From: Asterias rubens
Lineage: Eukaryota
DNA length: 64,000 bases
Assembly: GCF_902459465.1 (NCBI RefSeq)
Contig: NC_047062.1
Span: 14,198,001-14,262,000 of the forward strand
Direction of reading: 5' to 3'
Positions within the stretch are counted from its first letter, which is position 1. The number at the start of each line of letters is the position of its first letter. Shown one piece after another: positions 13,212 through 26,918 of the stretch. The position numbers were made by a program, and so were the translations under genes. Under the pieces are notes generated by a model. It was not told the DNA's origin. It did no database searches and saw only the letters and a program-made list of their open reading frames with translations.

Positions 13212-13391
13212 TGCCTGACGCGCTGCTATATCATGCAGCATGCTCCAACCACCAATCTTCTCATATCCGACACAATCAGCTGACACATCAACAACACACC
13301 ACACATAGAGGAAGCTACAGTACAGAAGCATTTTCCGTTTGATTCCTTAGACATGACTGACCAAAATCGAGCACAACAGAATAGGAAAAAT

Positions 13392-14525
13392 ATGAGGTAA
13401 AGCTAGATAATTATTAATCATTTTTAATGGTTTAATAAGATTAAGACTAAGACTGTAAGAGTAGACTTATCATATCAGATCAAAATCGAAAGTCAAAGTG
13501 GAAAGAATTCTGTATCCTCATCCTGCCAATCCTTCTTCACAATTTTTTTCGAAAGGAATATATCTTTATTGATCTGTGTGACTGTGACTTTTTTAACTTA
13601 AAGTTACTCATTGGTTAAATATTAAGGTCGAAATTGATGTACAACATTGACAACAACAGCATATTTTATTTATAACTTGTTCCTTTCAGTTTCACAGTGT
13701 AATGTCTTTTGTTTTTTATTTTTTGCAGTATTCCTGAATTCTCCAAGCTTCATCCGGTCATCCCAAGAAGATACGTACCAGAATGGACAAACGACATGAG
13801 AAACAGAGAATTGATCATCAAGGTATACAATTTCATTACCTGTCTAAAAATAAATCTCATCACTCTGCAATCCTCTTTTGTTTGTTTGTTTGTTTATTGA
13901 ATGCCAGTCAACTCACCCCCAGCAAAGTCGCCCACTACAAAGTTGCCTACTATAAAGTCGCCCCTAACTAAGCAAAGTCGCCCCCTAACTTACAAATTTG
14001 CCCCTCTCAAATTCACCCCCTGACAGTGTCATTGTTGTTGCAAGAAAAGAAAAATTGAAAGGAAAAATAGAATTGGATTGGTTTGTGCGCTTTTAGGTGA
14101 TTGAGATAAAGGCTTCATGTCTGAAGTCTTTCTCAGATTCCTAATTTTCTGGTGGAAATCAAATTGCCTTTCTCTAAAACAATGACTGTCGTTTCTCTCA
14201 ATGTTTTATGCTATCAACAGCTCTTACTGTATGGTCATTAACTAGTTGAGAAATTACTAAGACACTGCCTTTATATCTGATAAGTTCAAACTTGTCTTTC
14301 CAGAACTGTGAAGTCAGTGGAATAATTCCAAAGGGTCCTCACGATGAGAGCCTTTTCTTAGACAAGAGAGAGAGGATGAATGAAGTAGAGCCACGTCAAC
14401 GTTGTGAATCCAAACGACCAGCTCTGGATCGCTACACTGCCCTCAGACCAGAGTTCCACACCACACAGTCCAAGTACCAAAGTAGTCTCATGTTCAGAAG
14501 GGACGATTTTAACGAGACGCAGTAG
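13392..14525 (+). CDS. TEX43: Testis-expressed protein 43 / sperm microtubule inner protein 10, 106 aa
   Basis: Exons 13392-13396, 13729-13822 and 14304-14525 give MSIPEFSKLHPVIPRRYVPEWTNDMRNRELIIKNCEVSGIIPKGPHDESLFLDKRERM...QSKYQSSLMF. This matches recalled TEX43 motifs IPRRYVxPW, EVCGI..GP.EDSLFL...ERL and SRYQS. Confidence 0.8.
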
Positions 14526-15977
14526 TTTATTTGAAGAACAAGAAGCTTTGCATGGTCTGGAAAATAAATAAAGAGTAAACTTGCGGTTACAACCACAAAA
14601 GAGATTTAATACATGGTTGTACCCGCAAGTTTACTATTTATTATTTATTTATATTTACTTCTTAAGAACTAGCGTGTTTGGTAATACCATGTTATTTAAC
14701 ATGCCAATTGATCTTTTAAAAGCTTTGCACTCAATCATGGAATTTTGTTATTTTATTACACGTTTTGTACAAACTAACTATATTTTTCTGCCCATGAGTA
14801 CACCTTCCAAAGAGATAGAGATTTTCAACTTGTTACAAGAATTAATGCAGCTTAAGCCTAGTTCACAGGCTGAATCTAATTCAAAAATAATTTATCATGA
14901 CGTCAGTTGAGTAGGGTGCCTGCGAAGGCTGTTCGCTGGCCAATCTTACAGATTTGTGTTTCCATTGTTCATCATTGGTTTACCCCCCCCCAAGGTGGCA
15001 GCTGGATGACGTCAATTCATAAAGTCTGTGTGGACTAAAATGAACTCATTGGGAATAATTTGACCCCCTATTCTGGGATAAAGCAACCCAGTGAATCCTA
15101 AATGTTACTGTCCAACTAACTTATGTCAATCTCGGATGGTAAAGAACCCATTCTCCTGGGTGATAGTTGTGGAGAATTGTATTTCCTCTGACCAAATATC
15201 TCTTCAGAGAGAAATTCACCGTGCTGATCATAACTGAAAGTGCAGATGTCAACAAGCTCTTCACACAGATGGTTTCACAAAATGGCCGCAAGTTTTGTGT
15301 TTGGATGTTGTTCTTAAAGACAAGAATCACCGTCAAAAAGTAACAATCAATTGTTTTATCATAGAGTAAAAAAGACAAGGACCACTTTTGAATTATTATT
15401 TTTTTTTTCGATGAAGGAAAGTTTATTCTCATACCATTCATTTTTAATCCTCTTAAATGCAGGTTTGGACAACCAACCACTATGTAAACTTCCGTAAAAC
15501 TAATTTGTAAATATCAAGTAACCGCATGTACATGTTATTCTAATCTAATTTGATTTTTTGTTAATTTGACTTAGTTTTAATTGTTACACTTCACGTTGTT
15601 TATGAAGTTTATTTTGTTAGCTTTGCAAACGATAAGAATAAACTGAATTGTATTTACAATAAGACATCATGTGCTTATTACATGCCTCCAAAAAGTCAAT
15701 GGGGAAAACAAATCAAAAAAAACTTTTACCGTGTTAATATATTTTGTACACCCCTATCATACATTTATTATACATAAAATCCATACATTGACTGGTACTG
15801 CAGGCACTAGTGGAAGTGAATGCACTTGATTATCTGAGAATGACATAAAAGACATGTGTGGCTCAATATTGGGGTTTGGTGTTACCCTCTCCTATTATTG
15901 CATCTTCATTGGGAATTACTTACAGCCATTTCAGTCGGGCGCTCCAGAGTCCGGCTGAACCAAATAAAATAAATTAA

Positions 15978-16333
15978 AGGCAGTGGACACTATTGGTAAT
16001 TACTCAAATTAATTATTAGCATAAAACCTTTCTTGGTGACGAGTAATGGGGAGAGGTTGATGGTATAAAACATTGTGAGAAACGGCTCCCTCTGAAGTGC
16101 CATAGTTTTCGAATTTGATTTCGAGAACTTGAGGTCTCGAAATCAACCATCTAAACGCACACAACTTCGTGTGACAAGGGTGTTTTTTTCTTTCATTATT
16201 ATCTCGCAAATTCGATGACCGATTGAGCTTAAACTTTCACAGGTTTGTTTTTATATGCATATGTTGAGATACACCAACTGTGAAGGCTAGTCTTTCTGAT
16301 TGGCTTGTCAATTACCAATAGTGTCCACTGCCT
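15978..16333. mobile_element. Kolobok-like MITE (TTAA TSD)
   Basis: ttaa|aggcagtggacactattggtaatt ... aattaccaatagtgtccactgcct|ttaa: perfect 24-bp TIR with TTAA duplication. Confidence 0.85.
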
Positions 16334-16698
16334 TTAAGAGCAACTCCAGGTCAACACAAATAAATTTAAGTTTTAGCGGTCGACCTTATGTAAATTAGCT
16401 GGACAGAACATTACAAACAAATGTGTCAACATTGGTCATAGTTTCCTTGTTGATGTGCCCTTGAGGAAAAAACGCCTTGATGCCCTTTTACCCCTTTCAA
16501 AATCGAAGCATCAGGCCTGCAGTATAGTCTGTGTAAATTTTGTCTGATATGCTCATTCTATTTGATTTTTTTTACCACCAAATCTCAGTAGTACACTACA
16601 AATCAGTATTGTTCAAAATTGTCCACCCTGTTCACTGCTGATCAAAAATTCTATTTGAAAGCATTTTTGACGTGTTCCCATCTATGAGATACTAAGCC

Positions 16699-16848
16699 CA
16701 ATAGGAGACTTTCCAACGCTAGGTGGCAGCAGACATACCGGGTAAATTTCCATTGTTTACGTAGTTCTGAACATGCGCATAATTCTGAGAACAATGGATT
16801 TACCCGGTAAGTCTGCTGCCCTCTATCGTCCCAGAAAGTCTCCCATTG
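16699..16848. mobile_element. Small MITE whose arms contain CTCF-like motifs
   Basis: Imperfect inverted arms caataggagactttcc..gctaggtggcagcagac / gtctgctgccctctatcg..gaaagtctcccattg. Confidence 0.55.
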
Positions 16849-17373
16849 CATGTCACTGCTGGCCAGAGAACTCTGCAGGTTCAGCACTCTGTAAACAATG
16901 TGATTCTATAGAATGTCGTTGCAGAATTCTGCAGTAAGCAGTACCATGCCATTTGGTTCTGATGAGCTGATAAGGTCATTCAGTGATTACCATTTATCTT
17001 GACTCAAGCATTGGGAAAAAATTCAAGGAAATGGTGACATTTTGTTATGAATGGGAAGTTGAGCAAAACTTACCAGTAAAACTGGCAGAAAATGTGGTGA
17101 AAATTTACATACAAACTATTAAAGTAACCTGCTGATAACATAGGTTCTTCAACTATAGAGTCGTACCTTGCGATATAATTTAATCAAACAACTCTTGGCT
17201 GCATCCAACCACACTGATCCAGTCCTTGTACCATCTGCACTCTTAAATATCTTACAAATTATATACAATACTATTAATTCAGTTACTTCAACATTCAATC
17301 TAAAAGTGAAAACAGAGAAATCATTTGAAAGATTGGTTGACAGCATTCGATGACATTTATTGAGTGAACCTGC

Positions 17374-20300
17374 TCAGATTGTAGGAGAGCTGGGTATGAA
17401 TCTGTCGATCATTTTGTCTATACTCTCAACCAGTCGACTGAAATGTGCAAATCCAGGCGTCACTTTACCAACCTCTTCTTTGATGTCTTCCTCCCTGACA
17501 AAAAAAAAACAATAAAAGGAATTTAAAAGGTTGAGTTTTTTTCTCTGTGAAAAGAGCTGCAGGGCACAAATTACATGTACACATGTACATGAACACAATA
17601 TTTTATTAAAGGGAAGGTACACGTTTGGTAATTGTCAAAGACCAGTCTTCTCACTTGGTGTATCCCATCATAACCATAAAATAACAACCCTGTGAAAATT
17701 TGGGCTCAATTGGTCATCGAAGTTGCGAGGAAATGATGAAAGAAAAAACACCCTTGTTGGACGAATTTGTGTGCTTTCAGATAAGAATAAAAGACTTCCA
17801 GCTAGAAGTCTTTTATTATTTTAGTGAGAAATTACCTCTTTCTCAAAAACTAAGTTACTTCAGAGGGAGTCATTTCCCACAATGTTTTAACCTATCAACA
17901 GCTCTCCAATGCTTGTTACCAAGTCAGTTTTTAAGTTAATATTTGTTTTGAGTATCTACCAAACGTGTACCTTCCCTTTAAGGGAATTTAAAGAGCAAAA
18001 ATTGGGGTCTTAAAGTAGGTCCTTTTCACATGAGGAAAGGTTTACTGCAGTGCATGCTACAGGACCACTTTTGGCAGAACATGGGGAATCTTCAAACAAT
18101 GTATTACGATCCCCAAGAAAAATATGTGAATACTAAAACACTGTGCTGACCACCAAACAAAAAAATGCGTTGACTTTTAACACGACTTACTTCAGTATTC
18201 CAATTTTGTGCTTGAAGTCAGTTGAGATGACACCAAAGGGGTAGCTGCCAGGCCGAAGACCAAAAGTCACCCAGAACTTAACCATCGCATCCAGATTAGA
18301 AAACTCAACAGTCACACTGAACAAAATATATATACATATTATGAAATATTGAAAAAAAATCATCAGTCAACTTGTTTGTGTTGGTCAACTTTTTAGAGTC
18401 AACATGGCACGTTTTAATTATCGCAACAAATGGATTTGATAAATCACGCTTGATCAAATAGCAACACTGAGAAAGATAGGTGATAGAAAATGTGACTTGA
18501 CTTACTTTGTCTCGTTAAGGGTGACCACATGTCTGTAGCTAACTCTGTCTATTTCATCAGCGATGCCATCAGCCTGTCCAACCATCTCAGACACGTCTTG
18601 AAGCAACTATTAAAAAACAGGAAGAGGATGTGAACCGTTCAAAAATCTGTTAAAGATTTCATTGACTTGACTTGATTTTAACTTTACCTGACAGATTGTA
18701 TTCTGCTAAAAAAGCCACATAATGTTCCCAGTGGATTCTTCAAAAAAAATTCAGTTTTTTGTGGTGGCGAATGTTGCGCTTAAAAGGGAAGGTATAGACG
18801 ATGTGACCTATGTTTACATTCAAACCGCCCTCTGTTGAAAAAACACTGTATACGCAATGTTTCACCAGGCAAAAAGACACGTAGTCATGGTAAGATTGCA
18901 TACACTTTCTAGCTGGCTGCCAAAACACAAAGGTTTTGCTTGGCGGTATGCGCGCGAATCATGTTTTGGTTTCCGAGTGATGTCACATGGGCTATACTTA
19001 GCCCAAAATTTTGAATTTGTGAAATGTTATTGGTCAGTAATGTTTCACAAGTTGTGTAATCCTATAAAAGGGATTTCTCTTCCTGTGTGGACATATTCAC
19101 TCCGGACGTCTCAAAAACTTGACCTACTTTTTAAATGAAATTTGCCATGTTAGTATATTGTACACATTTATATGGGATTAACAATCAAATGGTTCCAAAA
19201 ACCAAAAGAAAAAATATGAGTGCCCAGATAAATAGTGACATACCAGTTTGAGGGTTGCAGTGGTTGGATGTCTTGTGTGTAGGAGTGTTACGTCAACGCT
19301 TGCCTTGATGAGGTTATGAGCAAGATTAGCACTGACTCCATTATCAGCTAATGGGATAAAGAGACAGGGGAGAACAAAATATGCATCAGAATAATCCCAT
19401 CATATTCTGTCTGATCGAGCATCAACAGGACTGGTCCAAACTTCATACAGCATGCAGGCAACAAACCTTGTTAGCACAAAAACTTAGCGAAAACAGGTTA
19501 CCAGACAGAAAACCACACATTAACCAATGCTGTGAATGATACCCCACTTATTTCTTGTTTAGCACTGTAATTTGCTTGGCAGAATAATCTGCTCAACAGC
19601 TTTATGAAATTGGGCCCTGTTTTTTTTTTCTTCAAATAAGGGGACCAATTCAAGCAAGATATTTGGTCCTTGAATACAAGTAGGAATTTGGGTTTTTTTT
19701 TTCAGTACAAAGGCTGACCTAATTGTTTGTTATGGTTTAGAGTTTAATAGGCCTAATAATTCACAATTTTTCGGATTATTCCAAGGGCAAACAAATTGGA
19801 AATCATTAGACTGAAGTAGAAAGAATATCATGCCTTCTATTTCAGACGACACACAATTTTTCTTAGGAAAGATACAAAGAATTGCAAGCACTCTGAAACA
19901 GCCCTAGACTAAAGTGGTATGTATAAATATGTTTACGCTTATCAATATTATCTTACAGAGATTAGCTTACAAAGACTATCTTATAGGAATCAGCTTACAG
20001 AGATTAGCTTACAAAATTAGAGAAATTTGATAACTTACCAGCAAGAGAGCTGTCCAAGTGCAGGCTGGATATTTCGCTGTTGCCCCCACCACTGCCCTCT
20101 GAAGAGTTCACAGATTTATGAAGCAAATAAATCAAATAAACAAATTTTTTGTTAAACAATGTGTTTATTTCAGGTAAAACAAAATATACATCAATTACAA
20201 AAGATCGTCCAGAATCAACATTTTCTAAGAACTTTCGTGAATAAGTATCCTGCTTATATTTATTTAGCAGAAAATGTACAAGCAATATTGTGTGCTTAAC

Positions 20301-23300
20301 TAGCTCCATGAAATTGTGTCCAACTCCTTCAAACATTTGATTTCAAACTACACAATTAGTTTTATAACCTGTTGTATAAATCGCAAATTTTTAATCTTGA
20401 GTCATGAAACCACAAATCAAAACAATTTAAAAAGTCACACATTCTTTTTTCCCCAAACCTGAACACCCAGCAGTCATTATGTCACAAATGCTGAATTCCT
20501 ACTGTTTTTTTATACATATATTCTTGAGTTCAACTTACCAATCTTCTTTCCTAGTTTGATGGCAAAGACCAAGGATTCCTCCAGGAAAGTAAAGACTAGC
20601 TCCTCTTCAGACTGTTTCCTCAACCTCCACGGTTGCAAACTAAAAATTACAAAAAAAAATTGTTGTCTATTTTCATTCACAACATTTTACTGAGTCAAGT
20701 GACCCAAAGTTCAAAAGTGACTCATTGTACAGCAAGTTAAAACAAATAAATATTAAGAATACATAAAATGTATTGAGTTTAAAAACATCAAGTAAAGCAT
20801 TTCAATGTACAGCAAGTTTTTTTTTAAAATAAATGTTAAGAACACATAAACTACAAAACCTTTTAAAACATGCAGTGAACATTTGTGAAAAGCAGTATAT
20901 AAAACTTAGTATCATGACCCCCATCAAAACTATAAAAAATATTACACACGAAAAGAAATATGCAAAGGTTGAACAAGGAAAGTGCACATTAAAATACACT
21001 CAGGTAAAAAATGCAAAAGAACCGCAACAAAACCATACAAAAATGCATAATAGTCAAGTTAGTGATCATTACAATTTAAAAAAGAAATTAGTTCCATATC
21101 TATATTTGCTGTGAAGGTCACGATTATGGTTGTACTCTGTAAGCCTGGTTCATATTTACTTCACACACAAGTTTTGAAAGTGAAGGTCATGTGAAGAATT
21201 GAAAGCCAAAAGTGTTTTTCTTGAGTCACACTTGGAAAACGGCGCTGGACACAATAGACCGTATTGAATAACCCCTTTCTTTCTACGAAAGTCGCCATCT
21301 TGCAGGGCAAACCGTATGCGCGTTTTAACACATACATCAATGAAGCACGCAGCAGTACCAGTTGGCTTTCTACATGGCACACGTACGCACACCCTCCACG
21401 CACAAGCTCACAGACGCCATGTTGTAGGGCAGCTTTGAAAGGTGACGTCATATTCAATACGGTCTTTAGCTTGTGTCATGAACATTTGTGTGTGAAGTGG
21501 GAATCAGGCTTAAAGGTACGGTCTCACAGCAGCAACACAACTCACCAATGGAGATCCGCTAGCTTAACCAGAGCATCTTGGAGGCCATCTTCTGATGTGA
21601 CCTGACTCTCAATCAACCTCTCTTCCTCTCTCACATCAACGAGCTCCTTCCTGTACAGCTCAATCTCTGACTTGAGTCTCACAGATTCACTGAAAATAGA
21701 AGAAGTACTAATAAAAGTAAAAGAAGTAGTGCTAATACTTGTAGAGTGTCGTGGCCGAGTGGTTTAGAGCATCGAACTCAAGTTCTGGTGGTTAAGTCAT
21801 CGGTGTGTGGGTTCGAATCCCGGTCGTGGCACTTGTGTCCTTGAGCAAGATACTTTACTATAATTGCTTCTCTTCACCCAGGAGTATAAATGAGTACCTG
21901 CGAGGGTAGAGGTTGATATTGTGAATAAAAAAGCCTTCGGAGCGCCATGGCAGCTCGGGGCTGTATAATCCCTATAGAGAAGTGAGAAAGAATAAAGGGA
22001 AGTTATTGGCCCAATGACAAGAGGACTAATGTGAAGCGCATTGATACGGTTTATTGTGAAATGCGCTATATAAGAATTTGTTATTATTATTATTTTTAAC
22101 AATAATATTAATACCAAAGTCTTATTTAAAGCATGTATCTACCAAGAAGGTACTCAAGGCGCTTAGTATAATACTCCTTTTTTATTTAGATTGAAAGGTT
22201 ATTGAAGCTATGAATTCTGAGACGCAACTGTAGCTAGCAAGGGTTTACAAAGTAGAGTCAACTGAACTTCTGTGCGTTCAATCAATGCAAGGATTCCTGT
22301 TATATCAATCGCAGCATTGCTAAATAATGTTAAAGAAACACAGACTAATAGTAAAAATAATAATAGTGGCATCTTATATAGTGCTCATATCAATTACTCA
22401 GTGACGCTCACGATGCATCAACATTCAGTATTTTTCTGTAAGGTATTTCGGAGCTTTGAGTACGAGACTTGTCCCTTTACACAGCACCATGTACTGGTTA
22501 TACAAGGTGCTGTTGAGACAACACGCAGCCAATCAAACCAAAAACACCAAGGCGAACCCCTTCTCTTTTCGATAAGTGCTCTGGATTCTTTTACGTGCGT
22601 TACACAACACATTGACAAAGCAATAATGGTAAGTGTCTTCCTTTAGACTAGTGTCACAACCGGTACTCCTGGCATATATGGCCCTCCTGTGGAGGGCAAT
22701 AGGGAGTTTTTGTTTTCGACGACGATGTTTCTGCGACGGTAATGATGACATGTCATCTGCGCATGCGTCGGCTTTGAGGACGGTCGTCCCTCAATTTCTA
22801 CGACAGTACTTGGGATGAATCTTTGTTGTGCTGAAAAAGACAATGTTTGGCTGAAACATAAAACTCCCTAATAATGAATGACTGTGAATAGTACCCAGAA
22901 GGCACCCGAGGGATAATTGCTTTAAAGGCAAAGTATACCTTTGTTTCGATTGTTTTAAAGGCAGTGGACACTATTGGTAATTACTCAAAATAATTATCAT
23001 CATTAAACCTTTCTTGATTACGAGTAATGGGGAGAGGTTGATGGTATAAAACATTGTGAGAAACAGCTCCCTCTGAAGTGACAAAGTTTTCGAGAAATCA
23101 GTAATTTTCCACGAATTTGATTTTGAGACATGGAAATCAAGCATCAGAAAGCACACAACTTCGTGTGACAAGGGTGTTTTTTCTTTCATTATTATAACGC
23201 AACTTCGACGACCGATTGAGCTCAAATTTTCACAGGTTTGTTATTTTATGCATATGTTGAGATACACCAAGTGAGAAGACTGGTCTTTGACAATTACCAA

Positions 23301-26300
23301 TAGTGTCCAGGGTCTTTAATCAAATATAAATGTAGATAAACTAAACATGTGAAAATTTCATTTCAAAAGGTTGGCACTTTTTTGTATTGCCGTGATTACC
23401 AAAAGTATACCTTCCCTTTAATAAAATTAAAAAATGAATGAACTTTATTTGATTACCTTTCAAGTGCAGCTGTGGTCTTCTTTATCTCGTCAACCTCGGC
23501 AGTTCTATTGACCAACATCTTCTGGTTGTTAACAAACTCCATGACTTGATCCTGACTGGGTGGTTGAACTTGCTCAAGTCTATTCAGGGCTTTACCCAAG
23601 CTGTCTTCATCTGGAAGTGCAATGGAAATTAAAATTACTAACAGAATTATAGAAACAATGAAAGAAACTTATAAAGTGCAATAATTGCTACAAAACGGCA
23701 TCAAAGTGCTTGTACAACAAAACTAATGAATAAAGACAATAACAGAAAGCATCGACTCTTTCAGTGGCAAGACGTTGTACATGTACACTCCATTTAATGT
23801 ATTCTTAAAGAGCCATTATTATTTTTATTTATTTGGCTTTGGCAATTCACATAAAAATACAAAATTACAAATAATTTATACAAAAAAGATGAAGCTCTTA
23901 AAAACATTAATTATTTCCTAGATTGGAAAACAGTAAAAAGGGGGAAACATCAAGAAAATGTGGATGGTTTTTCACTATAATTTCTGACTCAAACAACGAA
24001 GTTAGTCCAAATTTCCCTGTGGTTGTTATTTTATGTATATGGTTGATCATACAAAGCATGAAGACTGTCTGGGACTATTTTGTTAGCTCAACCAATCCTT
24101 TGTAACACCTTCATTTTGTTATGTAGAAGCACTAAAGTTATATTTACATTTATTAAGGTCTTCCATTGCCTTGTCCAATGCGTCTGATGAGGAAGATCTC
24201 GATGCTAGTATCTCATTCAATTCTGCTTCTACACACTGTGGACAAATATAAAGAGAAGGAGTTGCGGTATGCGCCAACCTGACTGAACTTATGAGCAAAC
24301 CTAACTGCCAAACTTTTCCTGAAAAAAAATACGGTCTGCTTGTAGGACTTGGACAAGAATGCAAAATTTGAGATTTGTTATAACATCCTGAAAAAGATTC
24401 ACATGGTTGAGGCTTTAGCAGACATTTTGGGCTAATTAATCAAAGTTTTTGTGATTTTTCCATCGACTAAAAAAGTAAGAATCATGCCTGTATATAGTAG
24501 ATTAGATCCTGTGCCTCCCATATGTTTACAGGTCTACAAGACTCTGTGCATCACCAGCAATACAACACCTTGCTTGACACAAAGGTGAATTATTTCTCTC
24601 TCCCTTTCAAGAAAATGTTAATACTCAAAGAGATTTATAAGAAAATCTCGATACCACGACAAAATCCTGAAAAATAACACCCAGCACATCCCCTGATTCA
24701 ATTAAATAGTACATAAATGAAACAAATGTCACAGGTTTCTCTGACCTGGAGAGACTGATGGGTCTTGCTGATCATCTTCAGTCGCCATTCTTGGAAGCTA
24801 CGCTTAGACATCTTACTGCAGGCTTTGTGCAGAGATTCTATGTGCTCATGGAGTACGGCCGCCTGTTGAACAAGAACATTCAAGAGATTTTAGGTTGTGA
24901 ACCCAGGAAAGATACATCATTGTTTATGTATTTTTGTTTTTGTACTAATTCTGAATACAGATATATAGCCCAAGACTTGAACAGGGCACATTTTCTTAGA
25001 GCTGCTTAAGCACAAGAAGTAGGTTAGCACAGCAAAATAATACTTACTTAAAATATAGTTACTAACCCCAAAAAACATTACTCATGTACATTCTGTGATG
25101 TTTGCTTAGCAAAAACTATTTAAGCAATATTTTCTACTTAAGCATGCCGCTCAATGAAATTGGGCCCTGATCTATCCACACAAAGTCTGACAAAGTAACG
25201 CAATCACAGGTTGAGAAATACCGCTCTCTTAGGGACCCACCCTAGGGGGTTCTTGATAATGATTGTTTTTATACATACATGTTCAGGAGATGCGTGTTGT
25301 ACTTGAGTCACAACTGTTGGGTTATTCTCCGACAGACGTTGCTCCTGCTCATTCACTTCATCCTGCATCCTAAACACAGACACACAAAAATATAGATGTA
25401 CTCATATAATAGATGTTAAATTTGCATCGGACTGCCTCTAGCTACCGGGCAACCTCGGTAGTCTAGTTGGTAAGACACTGCACTAGAGTTGCAAGGGTCG
25501 TGGGTTCGAATCCCACCCGAGTAATATGCCTGTGATAATTTTTCACAGGACTTGGGAAAGTACTGAGTATACAGTGCTAACACACATCGGTGTATGGGTA
25601 AAAACCAAACGTAATATAGATGTACTCGTTTTGGCACTTTGAAATTACCATAAAAATGTACTTGGCAGGACTCACTGCAGCTATTGAAAGCATAAACTAT
25701 TTTGAGAAAAGAAGTCCCTTCTAAGTAATATGGCTTTGATAATTTTTCACCTCAAAACATTTGAATCAGAGAAACGGTTCATGCATAAATCGTTTCTCAA
25801 ATTTCTGAGGGTGGTTGCCTATAGATCAGCTTTACCTTGACACAAAACAAATCTATGACCCTACCAATGGACCCTACCTTTAAAATGTGCCAGGAATTAA
25901 CGACTTACTTGTCAATGGATGTTGACAGATGGTTAATGGCCCATTCGTACAACACTTTCCTTGGTTGGATGAGAAAGCGATTCTCCAGTAGGTCACTTAT
26001 TGTCTGTGCTGATGTCAACTGCAAAAGACAATTAAGACAATTTGTATTTAGACACAATAAATTAAGCATTCAAACTGGCTAAGTTTTTTCACCCGCATTC
26101 ACCTCTGTGGACCCCGGTTCAAATCCCGCCTCAGACCAGGGCTCAGTTTCATAGAGCTGCTAAGCACAAAAATTTGCTTAGCATGAAATTTTTGCCTTGA
26201 TAAAAACAGGATTACAAACAAAAATTCCATGTGATTTTCAGGATAAGCAAACAACAGCTGAATACAAGTAACAAGCTAATATGTAACAAATGGAAAATTG

Positions 26301-26875
26301 GTTGGTAATCCTCTTTTTATCACGGCAAAAATTTCATGCTAAGCATATTTTTGTGCTTAGCAGCTTTAAGAAATCGGACCCTGGAGCTGAATATTTGGTT
26401 CTTAACACAACAACTTCAATGACTGTTTTTTTGTTTTACAAGCAGCAACTGTAAACTACTTACCTTTGGGATGGCTGGTAGGACACTACGACGACCCTTC
26501 TTCACATTGATAGTCACAAAACTTAGAAAGTCCTGCATTGATACTGGTTCTGACGAACATGAGCTCTGTAATGAAAACAATTTCAGTATGGGTAGTTGAT
26601 GAGAAGTCTACAATAAAGTTTTGAAGGTTTCAGATCCTGTCTGAGAGGCAAGAACTTATTTCCAGGTGTGGGACAAAATTTTAGATCTAAAGTTTTCACT
26701 AGACAGTAGCTGGGAGAAAAAGGGGTAAAAGACAGAGATTAAAGCAAAAACATCCACTTTGAAAAAAGCAAAAGTTAAAAGTAAAACGCTAGGCCGAGGG
26801 AAACTGGTTTTCTAAAACCAATTTTTAAAAAAATTGTATTTTATTTATTTACATATGTATTTATTTATTTTATTC

Positions 26876-26918
<43 letters not shown>

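Noticed and set aside
13195-13250. Alternative start exon for the RS-rich gene (ATG ACG AAG|gtaaag)
   Set aside because: The phase-0 donor is incompatible with the phase-1 exon at 11665. The ATG exon at 13041-13026 fits, and the motif is better explained as an X-box or UTR sequence.
26464-26565. Suspected frameshifts in KNL1 exons 26565-26464 and 23610-23457
   Set aside because: On re-reading, the exon lengths (102 and 154 nt) fit the flanking phases and the frame is open.
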